64,000 nt of DNA from a bacterium. GTDB lineage: Bacteria; SZUA-182; DTGQ01; JAFGSM01. Positions 61,390 through 64,000 of the stretch are shown here, piece after piece. Under the pieces are notes generated by a model. It made no database searches. It was not told the origin of the DNA and worked only from the letters and a program-made list of their open reading frames with translations. The DNA lies in the NCBI GenBank assembly GCA_049472335.1, contig JBLIRO010000012.1:10761-74760 (forward strand), read 5' to 3'. The translations under genes were made by a program, and so were the position numbers. The stretch's first letter is position 1. Each line of letters starts with the position of its first letter.

Positions 61390-62669
61390 CCTGTTTCACC
61401 TCCCTGGGAAGCCTCACTGAGATAATCTTTTGCATTTTTGATGATCTGTTTAGCCTTTACCTTTCCTATCCCCGGGATGGAGCTTATAAGGTCAGGATCT
61501 GATTTTGCCACTTCTTTTACAGATCTGATTCCTATCTTCAAAAGCTTTGCAGCCACAGAGGGCCCTATACCTGGAATAGATGTCAGAACGATTCTGGCTT
61601 GTTCAAGCCTGATCTTTTCCATTCGCCTTTCTTCTTCGGATTCTGTTTCGCTCTTAATATCTATCTTCCAGCCGGTCAATTTAGAGGCCAATCTTGCATT
61701 TTGTCCTTTTTTACCAATAGCAAGAGAAAGATACTTGTCCGGGACGATAAGCTTGACCGTTTCCTCGTCTCGTAAAAATTTAATCTTCGTTATTTCTGCG
61801 GGACTTAAGGCATTTTGTATAAATATTGACGGATCATCGGACCATCGGATTATATCTATTTTTTCACCCTTAAGCTCCCTTACTACAGACTGAACTCGGG
61901 CCCCTCTAATACCCACACAAGCACCTACCGGATCAATATCCTTATCCTTGGAGTAAACAGCTATCTTTGTCCTTTCTCCGGCTTCCCTTACAACACCTTT
62001 TATTTCAACTATTCCTTCATATATTTCAGGGACCTCCATCTCAAAAAGTTTAGCGACAAAACCGGGATGGGTGCGGGATAGGATAATGTGAGGGCCTTTA
62101 TTTGATTGTTTAACAACATCCACAATATATGCCCTGACCCGTTCTCCCTTTCTGAAGGTTTCTTGAGGAATCGCCTCTTTTTCTGAAATACTTACCTCGA
62201 GCTTTCCGAGATCGATTATTAGATTGCCTTTTTCTTTTCGCAGAAAAATCCCATTAGTCAGTTCTCCCTTTTTACCCTTAAAATCATTAAAGATATTTTC
62301 CCTTTCTGCTTCTTTAACTTTCTGAATAATAACATGTTTTGCTGTTTGGGCCGCAATTCTGCCAAAATCCAACATCTCCATCTTGATCTCTACATAGGAG
62401 CCAATCTCGGCTTCGGGAAAGTGTTCCAATGCCTCTTCGAGACTAATTTGGGTTTTATGGTCAGAAACCTCATCAACTACTTTTAATTTTCTAAAAAGAT
62501 CTATCACACCAAGCTCTCGGTCCAGATGGGTAACCAGACCTTCATTTTGGCCGAATTTTTTTTTGGCAGCCGAAAGAAGAGCCGATTCAATTGCCTCTAT
62601 CAAAATATTTATATCGATTTGCCGCTCACGGCAAATCTGCTGTATAACCTGAATCAATTCTCGACTCAT
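61386..62669 (-). CDS. nusA: Transcription factor NusA with C-terminal HhH motifs
   Basis: FGRIAAQTAK, DPVGACVG, AIGKKGQNARLA. Confidence 0.97.
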   Translation of the reverse strand: MSRELIQVIQQICRERQIDINILIEAIESALLSAAKKKFGQNEGLVTHLDRELGVIDLFRKLKVVDEVSDHKTQISLEEALEHFPEAEIGSYVEIKMEMLDFGRIAAQTAKHVIIQKVKEAERENIFNDFKGKKGELTNGIFLRKEKGNLIIDLGKLEVSISEKEAIPQETFRKGERVRAYIVDVVKQSNKGPHIILSRTHPGFVAKLFEMEVPEIYEGIVEIKGVVREAGERTKIAVYSKDKDIDPVGACVGIRGARVQSVVRELKGEKIDIIRWSDDPSIFIQNALSPAEITKIKFLRDEETVKLIVPDKYLSLAIGKKGQNARLASKLTGWKIDIKSETESEEERRMEKIRLEQARIVLTSIPGIGPSVAAKLLKIGIRSVKEVAKSDPDLISSIPGIGKVKAKQIIKNAKDYLSEASQGGETG

Positions 62670-62715
62670 TTTTCATTAAACTCTATAAAGATTCGATGTG
62701 ATTAACCTTTTAATC

Positions 62716-62869
62716 GTAACTGCTCAAAAACCGTGTGGTTTTAAAGCAGTTAATGAAAATTGCAAAATGAAAAATGAAAATTTAAGGAATACATTATTTT
62801 GCATTTTAAAATTTGCAATTTGCATTTTGCAGTTCTTCTCGAGATTCCCCCGGGATTTTAAGAAGTTAC
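62716..62869. mobile_element. MITE-like element, copy 2, in the rimP-nusA spacer
   Basis: TIRs GTAACTGCTCAAAA / TTTTAAGAAGTTAC; 8-bp direct repeat TTTTAATC at 62708-62715 and 62870-62877. Confidence 0.85.
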
Positions 62870-62899
62870 TTTTAATCAGTTAAAGCCCAAAGGTGTTTG

Positions 62900-63376
62900 T
62901 TAAAAGTCCAAACTCAGTTTTGCCTTTATGATTGAAGCCAAAGGGATATCGTGTTTTTCCTCCTTTTTGTTCTCTAAAATCAATATGTTATCGTCACACG
63001 AAAGTATCTTTCCATCAAGGAACTGCGTTTTTTGATGAGGATCAGCAAAAGTGAGTTTGATCCATTTGCCTTGAAACCGTTCAAAATCCTCCTTTTTCTT
63101 TAAAAGGCGGTTAAGCCCTGGTGAAGAAACTTCCAGTACATAAGGACCTGGTATAAGATCAACCTCATCCAAAGATGCGCTTATCTTTTTGCTTACCCTT
63201 TCACAATCATTTATTTTTATACCATTTTCATGATCTATGAATATACGGAGAAGATACCGGCCTTTAGCACGATTGAATTGCATATCCACCAATTCAAATC
63301 CTTTTTCTTCCACATCCTTATGAATCAGACTATGAATAGAAGCCAGCCTCTGATCGTTTAAATCAGATAAAGCCAT
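62900..63376 (-). CDS. rimP: Ribosome maturation factor RimP
   Basis: LRIFID, DCERVS, YVLEVSSPG. Confidence 0.95.
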   Translation of the reverse strand: MALSDLNDQRLASIHSLIHKDVEEKGFELVDMQFNRAKGRYLLRIFIDHENGIKINDCERVSKKISASLDEVDLIPGPYVLEVSSPGLNRLLKKKEDFERFQGKWIKLTFADPHQKTQFLDGKILSCDDNILILENKKEEKHDIPLASIIKAKLSLDF

Positions 63377-63400
63377 ATGGTTTCCTCAAAAAATAGTCAG

Positions 63401-63431
63401 TTTAAAAACAAAAAGTGGGACGAGCCCACTT
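63401..63431 (-). promoter_or_regulatory. rimP leader hairpin/attenuator
   Basis: Minus strand AAGTGGG-CTCGT-CCCACTT followed by TTTGTTTTT, just upstream of rimP. Confidence 0.7.
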
Positions 63432-63509
63432 AAAAATCAAAAATTCAATATGTCCGCTTAATTAAAGTAGCATATTTTTAAATTAGATGCAAGGATTAAT
63501 TTCTTGATA

Positions 63510-64000
63510 TTAAAAAGTGGCATTCTTTGGAACTACTACTATGCCCGAGGAGGTAACAGTGTAGAGTTTTTTGTCCTTTTCCGTATTGTAGCCGATTTTT
63601 GTATTAGGTGGTACGTTTACACCTTTATCTATTATGGCCTTTCTGATCTTTGAATATCTTCCTATCTCCACCCCTTCCATAAGAACAGATTGCATCACAT
63701 AACTATAACTGTTTATTCTTACACCGGGAGAAAGCACGGAATTTTGAACCCTGCCTCCGCTCAATATACACCCGTTGGAGATAATCGAGTCAACGGCTAC
63801 ACCAAATCTTTGCCTTTTGCCGTGGCTGATAAATTCTTCAGCAAAAACAAATTTAGCAGGAGGTGCCTGTGGGTGGTAGGTTCTGATAGGCCAGTCCTGA
63901 TCATAGAGATTAAACTGAGGATCAACTGCCACTAGGTCCATATTTGCTTCCCAATAGGCATCGATGGTTCCAACGTCTCGCCAGTACTTAGGAGATTTTC
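63510..64000 (-). CDS. glgC: Glucose-1-phosphate adenylyltransferase, C-terminal part
   Basis: YWRDVGTIDAYWEANMDL (read from window end), WPIRTY, PPAKFV, KAIIDK, SGIVVVPK. Confidence 0.93.
   Translation of the reverse strand, partial: KSPKYWRDVGTIDAYWEANMDLVAVDPQFNLYDQDWPIRTYHPQAPPAKFVFAEEFISHGKRQRFGVAVDSIISNGCILSGGRVQNSVLSPGVRINSYSYVMQSVLMEGVEIGRYSKIRKAIIDKGVNVPPNTKIGYNTEKDKKLYTVTSSGIVVVPKNATF

Noticed and set aside
1..64000. tRNA/rRNA genes, integrase or prophage genes
   Set aside because: None recognised by eye; a tRNAscan/Infernal run would be needed to exclude small RNAs

Overview
Low-GC bacterial chromosome segment; the housekeeping proteins resemble those of deltaproteobacteria/Nitrospinae, but taxonomy cannot be determined here. 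Core genes are scpA, a CBS-domain tRNA nucleotidyltransferase, HU, gatAB, pilB-pilT-pilC-pilS-pilR, uvrB, aroDE-aroA-aroC, glk, a dnaJ-like gene, rimP-nusA-infB-DUF503-rbfA-nrnA and partial glgC. Three accessory islands are interspersed. (1) 32.3-40.0 kb: an intact diversity-generating retroelement (DGR) embedded in a MoxR-AAA / vWA-like / caspase(CHAT)-iSTAND / Pepco-like conflict-type operon. It comprises VR 35077-35200, an HRDC accessory gene, an RT and TR 36764-36887; all 21 TR/VR mismatches fall at TR adenines, and the diversified region is the FGE/CLec domain of the vWA-like protein. (2) 13.3-17.55 kb: a frameshifted DUF4062-NACHT-FGE protein whose C-terminus looks like the VR of a different, remote DGR template, plus a broken higBA and a diverged copy of the pilR 3' end. 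(3) 52.2-55.3 kb: a structured group II intron-like noncoding tract, a dead RT fragment, a REP-associated tyrosine transposase, and two unannotated micro-peptide genes sharing an MKTxTxVxAG leader. Also present: a two-copy MITE with 8-bp target duplications, a PilZ-PilT fusion, a probably inactive BshB1 paralog, and several secreted Gly/Tyr/Met/Ser-rich low-complexity proteins, some behind sigma-54 promoters. All family assignments are from motif recognition, not database searches.
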